From positions 26,304 through 90,303 of the forward strand of contig NZ_DASZBH010000016.1 in the NCBI RefSeq assembly GCF_035944355.1: a stretch of DNA of 64,000 nucleotides, written 5' to 3'. Position 1 is the first letter of the stretch, and each line of letters begins with the position of its first letter. Below are positions 29,355 to 37,873 of this stretch, one piece after another. The notes beneath the pieces are model-generated. The model searched no databases, was not told where the DNA came from, and saw only the letters and a list, made by a program, of their open reading frames with translations. Both the position numbers and the translations under genes were made by a program. The DNA comes from Frateuria sp. GTDB taxonomy: Bacteria; Pseudomonadota; Gammaproteobacteria; Xanthomonadales; Rhodanobacteraceae.

Positions 29355-29848
29355 TCCGCGTCCGCGGATCGGCGCGCGCAAAAACGCCCCGGAGGTGGCG
29401 ATGGCGAGGCGGAACGCTCGGCGCTGATGCAGATGGCCCAGCGCACGCGTTCCAATCCGTCGATCAATCCGGAGACCGAAGCGGAGCTGGGCAAGGGCGG
29501 CAACCCGCAGGGGACGCGGCACTAGAGCGGAGATCCACGCCTCGGCAGTCCTTACCCAGTCCTGCCCCCGCGAGGGCGAGGGAAGGCGTGCCGGAGTCGG
29601 ACAGGGGGCGCGCTCGGACGCGGCAACTCACCGAACGCATTACGCCACCAGCACGAACCCGACATTCGATCACCACGTCGGCGCCGATCCGCGCGACAGC
29701 GCCGGCATGCCCTGGCGGTTCGGCCAGGGGACGATCGCGCGATGGCACGGGATTGCGGCATGGCGTGTCGGGCATCCGCCGGGGATCCCAGCATGCGGGC
29801 CGCCCGGCCCGGTCCGCGCGAACGGCGCCGGCGGAGACCGAGGACCGG

Positions 29849-30853
29849 CTACGGCGTGATCGCGTTGAAGCGCGCGGCGATGTAGTCGTCGGTGAAGCTG
29901 GCCATGTCGCGACCGCGGATGAAGCCGCAGTGGCCGCCGTAGTCGGCGATGTCCAGTTCGATGCTGGGCGGCAGCTGCAGCTGCTCGAACGCAGCCACCG
30001 GGATGACCGGGTCATCGCGCGCGGTGAGGATGGTGGCCGGCACGGACGCGGCGGCCAGCGCGTCGCGCGCCACCGAATAGCCGTCCAGATAGGCCTGGAG
30101 CGAGCCGAAGTCGGTGTGCCTGAGCACCAGCGCCTCGGTCAGGCCGCGCAGGCTCTGCTTCAGTTCGGCCAGCTCGAAATACTGCCGCTGCGGGAAGGCC
30201 TTCTGCTTGGCCTTCAGCGACTGGCGCCACTTGCGCATGAAATAGGCCTGGTAGATCCAGGGCGCGTGTTCCTCCAGCGAGAACAGGCCTTCGCTCGGGT
30301 CGATGATCGGGCACACCGCCAGCGCGTAGTCCAGCGGCACGCCCGCCGCCGGCGCGCGCAGCGCGGCGCGCAGGGCGAAGTTGCCGCCCAGCGAGAAGCC
30401 GGCCAGCGCGGTCACCGGCCGCGGCCAGCGCCGCGTGATGTCGCCCAGCGCGTGCATCACCTCGTCGATGCGGCAGGAATGGAACAACGCCTCGTTGAGG
30501 TGGTGGCTTTCGCCGTGGTCGCGGAAGTTGAGGCGGAATACGTCCCAGCCTTCGCGCAACAGGCGGCTCCCGGTCTGCAGCACGTAGGTGGAATCGACGC
30601 TGCCTTCCCAGCCGTGGAACAGCACGGCCAGACCACGCGCCGAGCGACCATCGCGCCGGGCCGTGTAGGCACCGGTCAGGCGCACGCCGTCGCCGCCGTC
30701 GACCACCACCGGCTCGGCACCCTCGGCTACCTCGTAGGCCGAGCGTGGCAACAACAGCCGGCGCACGCCGCTGGACGAGAGCATGGTCTGGATATGTCCG
30801 CTGGTCAGCGGCCAGGGGGGACGGAAATCCTTTCCGCGCGGCAACTCGCTCAT
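29849..30853 (-). CDS. alpha/beta hydrolase (YheT/abhydrolase-1-like)
   Basis: C-terminal 334 codons of ORF 29849..31729, starting MSELPRGKDF. Motifs FHGWEGS and the nucleophile elbow GFSLGGN. Its ATG overlaps the upstream stop (ATGA at 30850-30853). Confidence 0.85.
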   Translation of the reverse strand: MSELPRGKDFRPPWPLTSGHIQTMLSSSGVRRLLLPRSAYEVAEGAEPVVVDGGDGVRLTGAYTARRDGRSARGLAVLFHGWEGSVDSTYVLQTGSRLLREGWDVFRLNFRDHGESHHLNEALFHSCRIDEVMHALGDITRRWPRPVTALAGFSLGGNFALRAALRAPAAGVPLDYALAVCPIIDPSEGLFSLEEHAPWIYQAYFMRKWRQSLKAKQKAFPQRQYFELAELKQSLRGLTEALVLRHTDFGSLQAYLDGYSVARDALAAASVPATILTARDDPVIPVAAFEQLQLPPSIELDIADYGGHCGFIRGRDMASFTDDYIAARFNAITP

Positions 30854-31644
30854 GCGTGGGCGTCGTCCAGCGCGGCGGCGATGCGCTCGCGCGACAGCTC
30901 GGCCATGCGCCGGCGCGCGTCGGGCATCGCCGGCACGGGTTGCAGAAAATGCACCTCGGCGTCCAGCGGCGCCTCGCCCAGCATGCGCAGCAGATTGCCC
31001 ATGAAGTTCTCGTGCTCGCGGAAGCCCGCGTCGATCACCCGCTTGCCGTTGCGGGCGAAGCGCAGCGCCACCGGCTGCACCGGCACCGGCGCATCCAGCG
31101 CAGCCTGAAAGATGCGCGCGTGGAACACCTTGAGCACGCCGTTGTGGCCCGTGCCGCCCTCGGGAAACACCGCCACCGAGCGGCCGCCGCGCAGGCGCTC
31201 GACCATGGTTTGCATCACCGAGGCGAGCGAATGGTTGCTGCCGCGACGATGGAAGATCGTGCCGCCGCTGGCGGCCAGCCAGCCCACCAGCGGCCAGCGC
31301 GCGATCTCGGCCTTGGCCACGAAGCAGGCGGCGCGCTGGCTGTGCAGCAGCTCGATGTCGATCCACGAGGTGTGGTTGGCCACGAACAGCACCGGGTCGC
31401 GCAGCGGCTGGCCGATGCGCACCGAGCGCAGGCCGAAGATGCGCATCAGCACGGTCGACCACCAGCGGATCATGCGGTGGGCGAACGGCTCGCGGCCGTC
31501 GACCATCACGCGATGCTTGTTCCAGCTCAGGATGAAGGCGCACAGCACGATGCCCAGCACGATGTGCAGCAGCAGCAGCGGCACCCGCCACAGGTAGCGC
31601 ACGGGTCGCCAGGGATCGCGGGCGGGGGTGGGAGCGGTGTCCAT
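30850..31644 (-). CDS. lysophospholipid (1-acyl-sn-glycerol-3-phosphate-type) acyltransferase, PlsC family
   Basis: N-terminal TM helix. Acyltransferase motifs NHTSWIDI (HX4D), FVAKAEI, FPEGGT. Confidence 0.85.
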   Translation of the reverse strand: MDTAPTPARDPWRPVRYLWRVPLLLLHIVLGIVLCAFILSWNKHRVMVDGREPFAHRMIRWWSTVLMRIFGLRSVRIGQPLRDPVLFVANHTSWIDIELLHSQRAACFVAKAEIARWPLVGWLAASGGTIFHRRGSNHSLASVMQTMVERLRGGRSVAVFPEGGTGHNGVLKVFHARIFQAALDAPVPVQPVALRFARNGKRVIDAGFREHENFMGNLLRMLGEAPLDAEVHFLQPVPAMPDARRRMAELSRERIAAALDDAHA

Positions 31645-31767
31645 GAGCCGGCAAGTTTAGCGTTTTCGTTCGTGCGGGCGCGCCTTCCTGCCATTCGGCT
31701 CGACCGGACCGGCCTTTCCCCCGTTCCATGGGAAGGTGCCCGAGGACGGATAGGAGCGATCTGGCCC

Positions 31768-32244
31768 TTAGCCCTCCAGCTGGCCCAGCGGCAGCGAAGG
31801 CGAGCGCTTCACCGTCCGCAGCACGAAGCTCGAGTTGGCGTCGGCCACGCCGGCGTCGTTGAGCAGCCGGTCCAGCAGGAAGCGCGAGAAATGGGGCAGG
31901 TCCGCCACGTAGACGTGCAGCAGGTAGTCCATGTCGCCGGTCAGCGCATGGCAGGCGACCACCTCTTCCCAGCCGGCGACCTTCTCCACGAAGCGTTCGA
32001 TCGCCCCGGCCTCGTGCCGTGCCAGCTGCACCCGCACGAAGGCCTGCAGGCCCAGCCCGACCGCCTGCGGATCGATCTGCGCGGCGTAGCCGGTGACGAT
32101 GCCCTCGCCCTCCAGCCGCTGCAGCCGGCGCAGGCAGGCCGAGGGCGACAGGCTGACCCGCTCGGCCAGCTCCGCGTTGGTGATGCGACCCTCGCCCTGC
32201 AGTACGGCGAGCAGGCGCAGGTCGATGCGGTCCAGCTTGGGCAT
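31768..32244 (-). CDS. Lrp/AsnC family transcriptional regulator
   Basis: 158 codons from the tail of an artefactual 715-aa ORF: MPKLDRIDLRLLAVLQGEGRITNAELAERVSLSPSACLRRLQRLEGEGIV... followed by an RAM/AsnC_trans_reg domain. Divergent from phhA. Confidence 0.9.
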   Translation of the reverse strand: MPKLDRIDLRLLAVLQGEGRITNAELAERVSLSPSACLRRLQRLEGEGIVTGYAAQIDPQAVGLGLQAFVRVQLARHEAGAIERFVEKVAGWEEVVACHALTGDMDYLLHVYVADLPHFSRFLLDRLLNDAGVADANSSFVLRTVKRSPSLPLGQLEG

Positions 32245-32391
32245 GGCACTTTGCTCCACGTTCGGGCGTCCGAGCGCAAGAATACTGCGTGGTATCACGG
32301 ACACGTCACAACAAACGCAACCTTCGTGCGGCATCGGCGGCGTATTCTTCGGGTTCAGGGTGTCACCCCGCCCCGCGCCACCGGAGCCGCC

Positions 32392-33291
32392 ATGCAGACC
32401 GCCGCCACGCCACGCAAAGTCGAACATCAGCAGACCGACCGCGGCTACGTGCCGGTCTACGCCACCGGCGTGGTGGAGCAGCCCTGGTCCGCCTACAGCC
32501 GCACCGACCACGAGGTCTGGGACATGCTGTTCAAGCGCCAGCGCGAGCTGCTGCCGGGGCGCGCCTGCCAGGAATTCCTGGACGGTGTGGCCAAGTTCGG
32601 CCTGGGCGAGGGCGGCATCCCGAAGTTTTCCGAGATCAACCTGGTGCTGGCCAAGGCCACCGGCTGGGAGCTGGTGGCGGTCGAGGGCCTGCTGCCGGAC
32701 GAGGTGTTCTTCGACCACCTGGCGCACCGCCGCTTCCCGGTGAGCTGGTGGATCCGCAAGCCCGACCAGCTGGACTACCTGTCCGAGCCGGACCTGTTCC
32801 ACGACCTGTTCGGCCACGTGCCGTTGCTGCTCAACCCGGTCTTCGCCGACTACATGCAGGCCTACGGCCGCGGCGGCATGAAGGCGCACGCGATCGGCCC
32901 CGAGGCATTGATGAACCTCACCCGCCTGTACTGGTACACGGTGGAGTTCGGCCTGATCGATACGCATGAAGGCATGCGCATCTACGGCGCAGGCATCGTC
33001 AGCTCCAAGGGCGAGTCGATCTACAGCCTCGACTCGGACGCGCCCAACCGCATCGGTTTCGACCTTGCGCGCGTGATGAACACCCGCTACCGCATCGACA
33101 CCTACCAGCAGACCTACTTCGTGATCGACAGCTTCGAGCAGCTGTTCGAGGCGACCACCCCGGACTTCACGCCGATCTACGCGAGCCTGCGCGAGAAGCC
33201 CCCGCACGCGGCGGCCGACGTGCTGGACGCCTCCGACCGCGTCTTCCACTACGGCAGCCGCGAAGGTTTCGCCGCCAACGCCGATACCTGA
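32392..33291 (+). CDS. phhA: phenylalanine 4-hydroxylase
   Basis: ATG at 32392 (MQTAATPRKVEHQQTDRGY...). Aromatic amino acid hydroxylase motifs PDLFHDLFGHVPLL (iron-binding His pair), YWYTVEFGL, GAGIVSSKGE. Confidence 0.9.
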   Translation: MQTAATPRKVEHQQTDRGYVPVYATGVVEQPWSAYSRTDHEVWDMLFKRQRELLPGRACQEFLDGVAKFGLGEGGIPKFSEINLVLAKATGWELVAVEGLLPDEVFFDHLAHRRFPVSWWIRKPDQLDYLSEPDLFHDLFGHVPLLLNPVFADYMQAYGRGGMKAHAIGPEALMNLTRLYWYTVEFGLIDTHEGMRIYGAGIVSSKGESIYSLDSDAPNRIGFDLARVMNTRYRIDTYQQTYFVIDSFEQLFEATTPDFTPIYASLREKPPHAAADVLDASDRVFHYGSREGFAANADT

Positions 33292-33968
33292 GCGGTCCCC
33301 TGCCGCCGCGCCGCCATGCGTTGCGGCAGCAGGCCGCCTTGCTTGAGCCAGTCGCACACCACGCCGGTCCACAGTGCGTAGCCCTGCGCGTTCAGGTGCA
33401 GCCCGTCCACATCGAACCAGCGCGGGTCGGCTTGCCCGTCCACGCCCAGCATCGGACCGTGGATGTCCAGGAACGCGACTGCGCGTTCGCGCGCGCAGGC
33501 GCGGATCAAGGCATTGGCTTGCCTGATCAACGGCAGTTGGGCTCGGCGCGAAAGGTTGGGCTTGATCGAGATATAGGCGAACGGTACCTCGCCCGCCCAA
33601 TGGCGCGCGCAGGTGACGAACGCGCCGAAGTCGTCGCGCACCTGTTCGGGCGGCTTGCCGGCCGCCAGGTCGTTGCCGCCGGCGTACATCACGATGGCCG
33701 CCGGGTGATACGGCGCTACCAGTTGCCGGGCGAAGTACAGGCTGTCGGCGATCTGCGAGCCACCGAAACCGCGGTTGATGGTCGGCACCTGCGGGAAGTC
33801 GGCGGCCAGGGTGCGCCACAGCCGGATCGAGGAACTGCCCACGAACAGCACGGCGCCCGGGGGCGGCGGCTGGAGCCGGTCGATCGCCCCGAACGCCGCG
33901 ATCTCGCTTTGCCATTCGATGAAATCGGCCGCCTCGCCGCCGGAGGGAGAAGGCGATCCTTCAAGCAT
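33249..33968 (-). CDS. SGNH/GDSL-type hydrolase, paralog 1, no signal peptide
   Basis: Block I LFVGSSSIRLW, block II RGFGGS, block III YAGGNDL, block V DGLHLNAQGY. An in-frame stop lies 4 codons upstream of the ATG. The 3' end overlaps phhA convergently by 43 nt. Confidence 0.75.
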   Translation of the reverse strand: MLEGSPSPSGGEAADFIEWQSEIAAFGAIDRLQPPPPGAVLFVGSSSIRLWRTLAADFPQVPTINRGFGGSQIADSLYFARQLVAPYHPAAIVMYAGGNDLAAGKPPEQVRDDFGAFVTCARHWAGEVPFAYISIKPNLSRRAQLPLIRQANALIRACARERAVAFLDIHGPMLGVDGQADPRWFDVDGLHLNAQGYALWTGVVCDWLKQGGLLPQRMAARRQGTAQVSALAAKPSRLP

Positions 33969-34029
33969 GGCCCCAAGCTAGGCGAACGGCGGTCAAAGCC
34001 GCGTGGGCAGGCTGGGGCGTAGGCGCCGC

Positions 34030-34716
34030 CTAGGGCCGCTTAAGTTCGCTTACCTGGAGCACCTGCGCGATGCGGGTCCCGTCCCAGCGGTAGATGAAGT
34101 GCTGCGCCTGCATGCAGGGCGCCACCACGTCCGGATAGAACGCCGCCACGCACTCGCCGCCGGCATGGCGCGCACTGTCGTAGACGATGCCGTTGGATCC
34201 GGCCTCGTGCAGCGTCCGGGCCAGCGCGATGCTGGCCGCGTAGCTGTCCGCGGCGTGCGCCGCGGGCCAGCCGCCACGGATGTCGTGCAGCTTGCAGTCG
34301 ATGCTGGTGCGATAGCAGCGCATCTCGATGTCGCAGGCCGGCTCAGCCGTCGCCGCCAGGAAACGCTCGCGGTGGTAGACGGTTTCCTCCACCGCCGTGA
34401 CCGTGCCGTGCGCCGCGTAGAACACGCCCCAGCGGCCGTCGGAGAACCGGCTGCCCTCGGGGTTCAGATGAGTGAAGGCGGCCATCACCGGCGTGCTGCC
34501 CGGCCCGCTGATGCGCCGCTGCGGCGGCACCAGTTTCAACGCGCCGGCCTCCTCGCGCAGGCGCGGATTGGTCAGCGCCTCGACCGCGAACAGCGCGTCG
34601 AGATCGCGTGGATCGGCGATGCGGTCGAACACGCCCACCGGCGGAAAGCGGCTGGGCACGATGCGGTAGGCGTGGGTCCAGCGGATGCGTCGGAGCGGCG
34701 GCAGGTCGAGGGGCAT
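34030..34716 (-). CDS. RES-domain toxin (type II TA, MbcT/ParT-like)
   Basis: ORF trimmed to the ATG at 34716 (MPLDLPPLRRIRWTHAYRIVPSRFPP...). RES-family signature residues in context: GSRFSDGRWGVFYAA (R), VEETVYH (E), IVYDSARH (S). Lies directly downstream of a DUF2384 antitoxin gene. Confidence 0.85.
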   Translation of the reverse strand: MPLDLPPLRRIRWTHAYRIVPSRFPPVGVFDRIADPRDLDALFAVEALTNPRLREEAGALKLVPPQRRISGPGSTPVMAAFTHLNPEGSRFSDGRWGVFYAAHGTVTAVEETVYHRERFLAATAEPACDIEMRCYRTSIDCKLHDIRGGWPAAHAADSYAASIALARTLHEAGSNGIVYDSARHAGGECVAAFYPDVVAPCMQAQHFIYRWDGTRIAQVLQVSELKRP

Positions 34717-34800
34717 CGGTGTGTCCGGTGGGCATCCCCACGCGGGCGCGGGAGGAGCCGAGCATGCAGCGGGCCGGTGTCGCCGGCTGCGACGCACGGC

Positions 34801-35193
34801 TCAGCCGCGTTGCGCGTCCAGGTACTGGCGCACCACGTAGAGGTCGCCGACGTTGCCCGAAAGCATGCGCTCCAGCGCCGAATGGCCACCGAACAAGGGC
34901 GACTGGTTGGGCTTGCGCAGCCAGGCGTCGGCCTGGGCCGGATCGGGAAACAGGATCTGCAGCGATTTCCAGATGCCCAGCAGGTAGCTGATCCGCTCGA
35001 CCACGTCGCGGCCGGGGTTGCCGTCCTGGTCGCGCTTCCACTTGAAGAAAGTCGATTCGGCCGGGTCGCCGAGCAGGCGGCGCTGCTCGGCGATGCGCAG
35101 TTGCCAGTACTCGGCGATCCGGAAGAAGGAGCGCAGCGCCGGACCGCCAAGCTCGCTTGCGGGGGCCTGTTCGTGGCGCGGGTGGGCCAGCAT
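34801..35193 (-). CDS. Xre-like/DUF2384 antitoxin (MbcA/ParS-like)
   Basis: 130 aa. C-terminal DUF2384 segment ADAWLRKPNQSPLFGGHSALERMLSGNVGDLYVVRQYLDA. Pairs with the RES gene 85 nt downstream. Confidence 0.85.
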   Translation of the reverse strand: MLAHPRHEQAPASELGGPALRSFFRIAEYWQLRIAEQRRLLGDPAESTFFKWKRDQDGNPGRDVVERISYLLGIWKSLQILFPDPAQADAWLRKPNQSPLFGGHSALERMLSGNVGDLYVVRQYLDAQRG

Positions 35194-35278
35194 GCGGACT
35201 CTCCTTATGGAGTTCGCGATCAGTTTACTGCATTTGTGAAGCCATGCGCAAAAACATGGCGGGACTCGCCGAACGAGC

Positions 35279-36007
35279 TCAGGGGCGCGCCACGATGTCC
35301 AGCCAGGTCCGCACCAGTCGCACCCACACGGCGTAGCCCTGCCGGTTCATGTGCAGGCCGTCCTGGACGAACCAGCGCCGTTGCGGTTGCCCGTCCGGCC
35401 CCAGCATGGGCGTGAAGGCGTCCAGATAGTCCACGCCGTGCTGCTGCCTTGCGTAGTCGCGCACCAGCGCGTTCGCCTGGCGGATCTGCGGCAGCAGCTG
35501 CCTGCGCGCCATGCTCGGCTTGATCGCGATGAAGGCGATCGGCACCCCCGGATCGAGCGCCCGCGCGCGCCCTACGAAAGCCGCGAAGGCGTCGCGCACC
35601 TGCGCGGGCGTGCAACCCTCGGCCAGGTCGTTGTCGCCGGCGTAGAACACGATGGCGCGCGGGTGGTAGGGCGCCACCAGGCGTCCGGCGTAATAGGTGG
35701 CGTCGGGAATGCGCGACCCGCCGAAGCCGCGGTCGAGTACCGCGCGCCCGGGAAAATCCTGCGCCAGCGTGCTCCACAGGCGGATCGAGGAACTGCCGAC
35801 GAACAGCACCGGGTGCGGCGGCGGCGCGTGCGCGCGATCGGCGGCGGCGAAGGCGGCGATGTCCGCGCGCCATTGCTCCGGCTGCCCGGCGCACGCCTGC
35901 GCCCGTCCGGGCAGCAGCGCGAAGGCCAGCGACAGCCAGGCGGCCCCCGCCCACAGCGGGCTGAGGTGGATGCGCAGCTTACGGAGCATGCTTGCAGTCA
36001 CAGCCAT
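35279..36007 (-). CDS. SGNH/GDSL-type hydrolase, paralog 2, secreted
   Basis: Signal peptide (MLRKLRIHLSPLWAGAAWLSLAFALLPGRAQA). SGNH blocks LFVGSSSIRLW, RGFGGS, YAGDNDL, DGLHMNRQGY. ATG at 36007 or 35989. Overlaps the end of the DUF885 gene. Confidence 0.8.
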   Translation of the reverse strand: MAVTASMLRKLRIHLSPLWAGAAWLSLAFALLPGRAQACAGQPEQWRADIAAFAAADRAHAPPPHPVLFVGSSSIRLWSTLAQDFPGRAVLDRGFGGSRIPDATYYAGRLVAPYHPRAIVFYAGDNDLAEGCTPAQVRDAFAAFVGRARALDPGVPIAFIAIKPSMARRQLLPQIRQANALVRDYARQQHGVDYLDAFTPMLGPDGQPQRRWFVQDGLHMNRQGYAVWVRLVRTWLDIVARP

Positions 36008-37745
36008 AGTCGGGCTCCGGGCCGCCTTCGGCGATGAAACGGTCGATGCGCTTCTGCAATACCGGCAGCGGCACCGAGCCCAGTTGCAGCACGGTGTCGT
36101 GAAAACGGCGCAGGTCGAACTTGCCGCCCAGCGCCTTCTCGGCGCGCGCGCGCAGCTCGCGGAGCTTCAGATAACCCAGTTCGTAGGACAGCGCCTGCCC
36201 CGGCCAGCTGATGTAGCGGTCGACCTCGTTGGCGATCTCGCGCTCCGACAGCGCGGTGTTGTCGGTCAGATAGTCGATGGCCTGGCTGCGGCTCCAGCCC
36301 AGGTGGTGGATGCCGGTATCGACCACCAGCCGGCAGGCGCGCCACATCTGGTAGGTGAGGTAGCCGAAGCGCTGGTAGGGCGTCCGGTAGATGCCCATCT
36401 CGTTGCCGAGGTATTCGGAGTACAGGCCCCAGCCTTCGCCGAAAGCGGAGATGTAGCCCTGGCGGCGGAACTCCGGCTGGCCTTGCTGCTCGGCGGCCAG
36501 TTCGAGCTGCAGCGCATGGCCAGGATAGGACTCGTGCAGGGTCAGCGCCGGCATGTTGAACAGCGGGCGCGAAGGCAGGTCGTAGGTGTTGACCAGGTAC
36601 GCATCCGCGCCGCCGCGGCCGGAGGTGTAGTAAGGCGCGATGTCCGCCGGCACCGGCACGATAGCGAAGCGCGCGCGCGGCAGATGGCCGAAATAGCGGC
36701 CCAGCTGGCCGTCCACCTGCTTGGCCACCCAGGCGGTGCGCATCAGCAGTTCCTCGGGCGTCTTGGCGTAGAACTGCGGGTCGGTGCGCAGGAAGCGCAG
36801 GAACGCGGGAAAGTCGCCCTTGAAGCCGCTTTCCTTCATCGCCTCGAGCATCTGCGCGTGGATCTGCGCCACCTGTTCCAGGCCGATCCCGTGGATGGCG
36901 TCGGGGTCCAGGTCCAGCGTGGTGTACTCGCGGATCTGCTGGCGGTAGAACGCCTTGCCGTCGGGCAGCGCCTCGGCCGCGAGCGTGGTGCGTGCGTGCG
37001 GCACGTAGTCCTGGCGGAAGAAAGTCAGCAGCTTGGCGTAGGCCGGGATCACCTGATCGCGGATGCGCCGCAGCGCCTCGCCCTGCAGGGCCTGCGCCTG
37101 GTCCGGCGGGATCGCTGCGTCCATGTGCTTGAACGGCTCGTAGAAGCTGCTGGCGGTCGGGTCCTTGAGCTCGGCCACCGCGGCGATCGACACGTCGCGC
37201 CCGTCCAGCACCGCGCGCGGCACCGAGAAGCCGCGCTCCAGGCCCAACCGCATGTTGGCGATCTGCTGGTCGAAGTAGGCCGGGACCTGGCCCAGCCGGT
37301 CGAGGTAACGGCGATAGTCGGCCGGCGTGCGCAGATGGTCGCCGTCGAGCTCGTAGCCCAGATCGCTCCAGAACGCCGAATCGCTGTTGAAAGGCATCTG
37401 CCAGGTCTTGAAGCGCTGGTCGGCCAGCAGGTTGGCGATCTGCGCGCGGTAGACCGCGTAGTTCACCTGCTCGGCGGGCGACAGCGCATGGAAGTCCAGC
37501 GCATCGAGCTGCGCCAGCACTTCCTGCCAGCGCTGCAGCCGCTGCTGCTGGCTGGCCGCATCGACGTTGTCCAAGCGGCCGTTGTTCGGCTGCGGCTCGC
37601 CCGAGGCGCTGATGTCGCCCTGCCCGGTGCGCCAGGCCCATTCGTGCGTATAGATCGCACGGAAGCGGTCGTCGGCGTCGGTGGCATGCGCAAGCGGGGC
37701 CAGCGTCAGGCCCGCGGCCAGCAGTGCGCCCAGCAGGTGTTTCAT
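35979..37745 (-). CDS. DUF885 family protein (putative secreted metallopeptidase-like)
   Basis: Signal peptide MKHLLGALLAAGLTLAPLAHA. 588 aa with an HESYPGHALQ (HExxxH-like) segment typical of DUF885. AAGGAG Shine-Dalgarno upstream. Confidence 0.85.
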   Translation of the reverse strand: MKHLLGALLAAGLTLAPLAHATDADDRFRAIYTHEWAWRTGQGDISASGEPQPNNGRLDNVDAASQQQRLQRWQEVLAQLDALDFHALSPAEQVNYAVYRAQIANLLADQRFKTWQMPFNSDSAFWSDLGYELDGDHLRTPADYRRYLDRLGQVPAYFDQQIANMRLGLERGFSVPRAVLDGRDVSIAAVAELKDPTASSFYEPFKHMDAAIPPDQAQALQGEALRRIRDQVIPAYAKLLTFFRQDYVPHARTTLAAEALPDGKAFYRQQIREYTTLDLDPDAIHGIGLEQVAQIHAQMLEAMKESGFKGDFPAFLRFLRTDPQFYAKTPEELLMRTAWVAKQVDGQLGRYFGHLPRARFAIVPVPADIAPYYTSGRGGADAYLVNTYDLPSRPLFNMPALTLHESYPGHALQLELAAEQQGQPEFRRQGYISAFGEGWGLYSEYLGNEMGIYRTPYQRFGYLTYQMWRACRLVVDTGIHHLGWSRSQAIDYLTDNTALSEREIANEVDRYISWPGQALSYELGYLKLRELRARAEKALGGKFDLRRFHDTVLQLGSVPLPVLQKRIDRFIAEGGPEPDYGCDCKHAP

Positions 37746-37873
37746 CGTGGACTCCTTGCGCGGGGAAGATGCCGATCATCGCAAAGAAGGGGCGCGGATG
37801 CCGACGATGGACACCTCTTGCATCGGCTCCCGGTGGGCATCTGGCGGCCAGGCGTTGCCACCGCCTTCCGAGC

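Noticed and set aside
29743-29756. Sigma54-like motif TGGCAC-GGGA-TTGC on the plus strand in the 780-bp gap
   Set aside because: The GG-to-GC spacing is one nucleotide shorter than the strict -24/-12 spacing, and no downstream plus-strand gene exists.
29081-33915. Very long ORFs 29081..31108(+), 30745..33291(+), 29849..31729(-) and 31768..33915(-)
   Set aside because: Only their 3' portions are real genes (the alpha/beta hydrolase, phhA and lrp). The upstream parts run through other genes or through the opposite strand of real genes with Arg/Ala-rich nonsense. Starts were reset to internal ATGs that have plausible N-termini.
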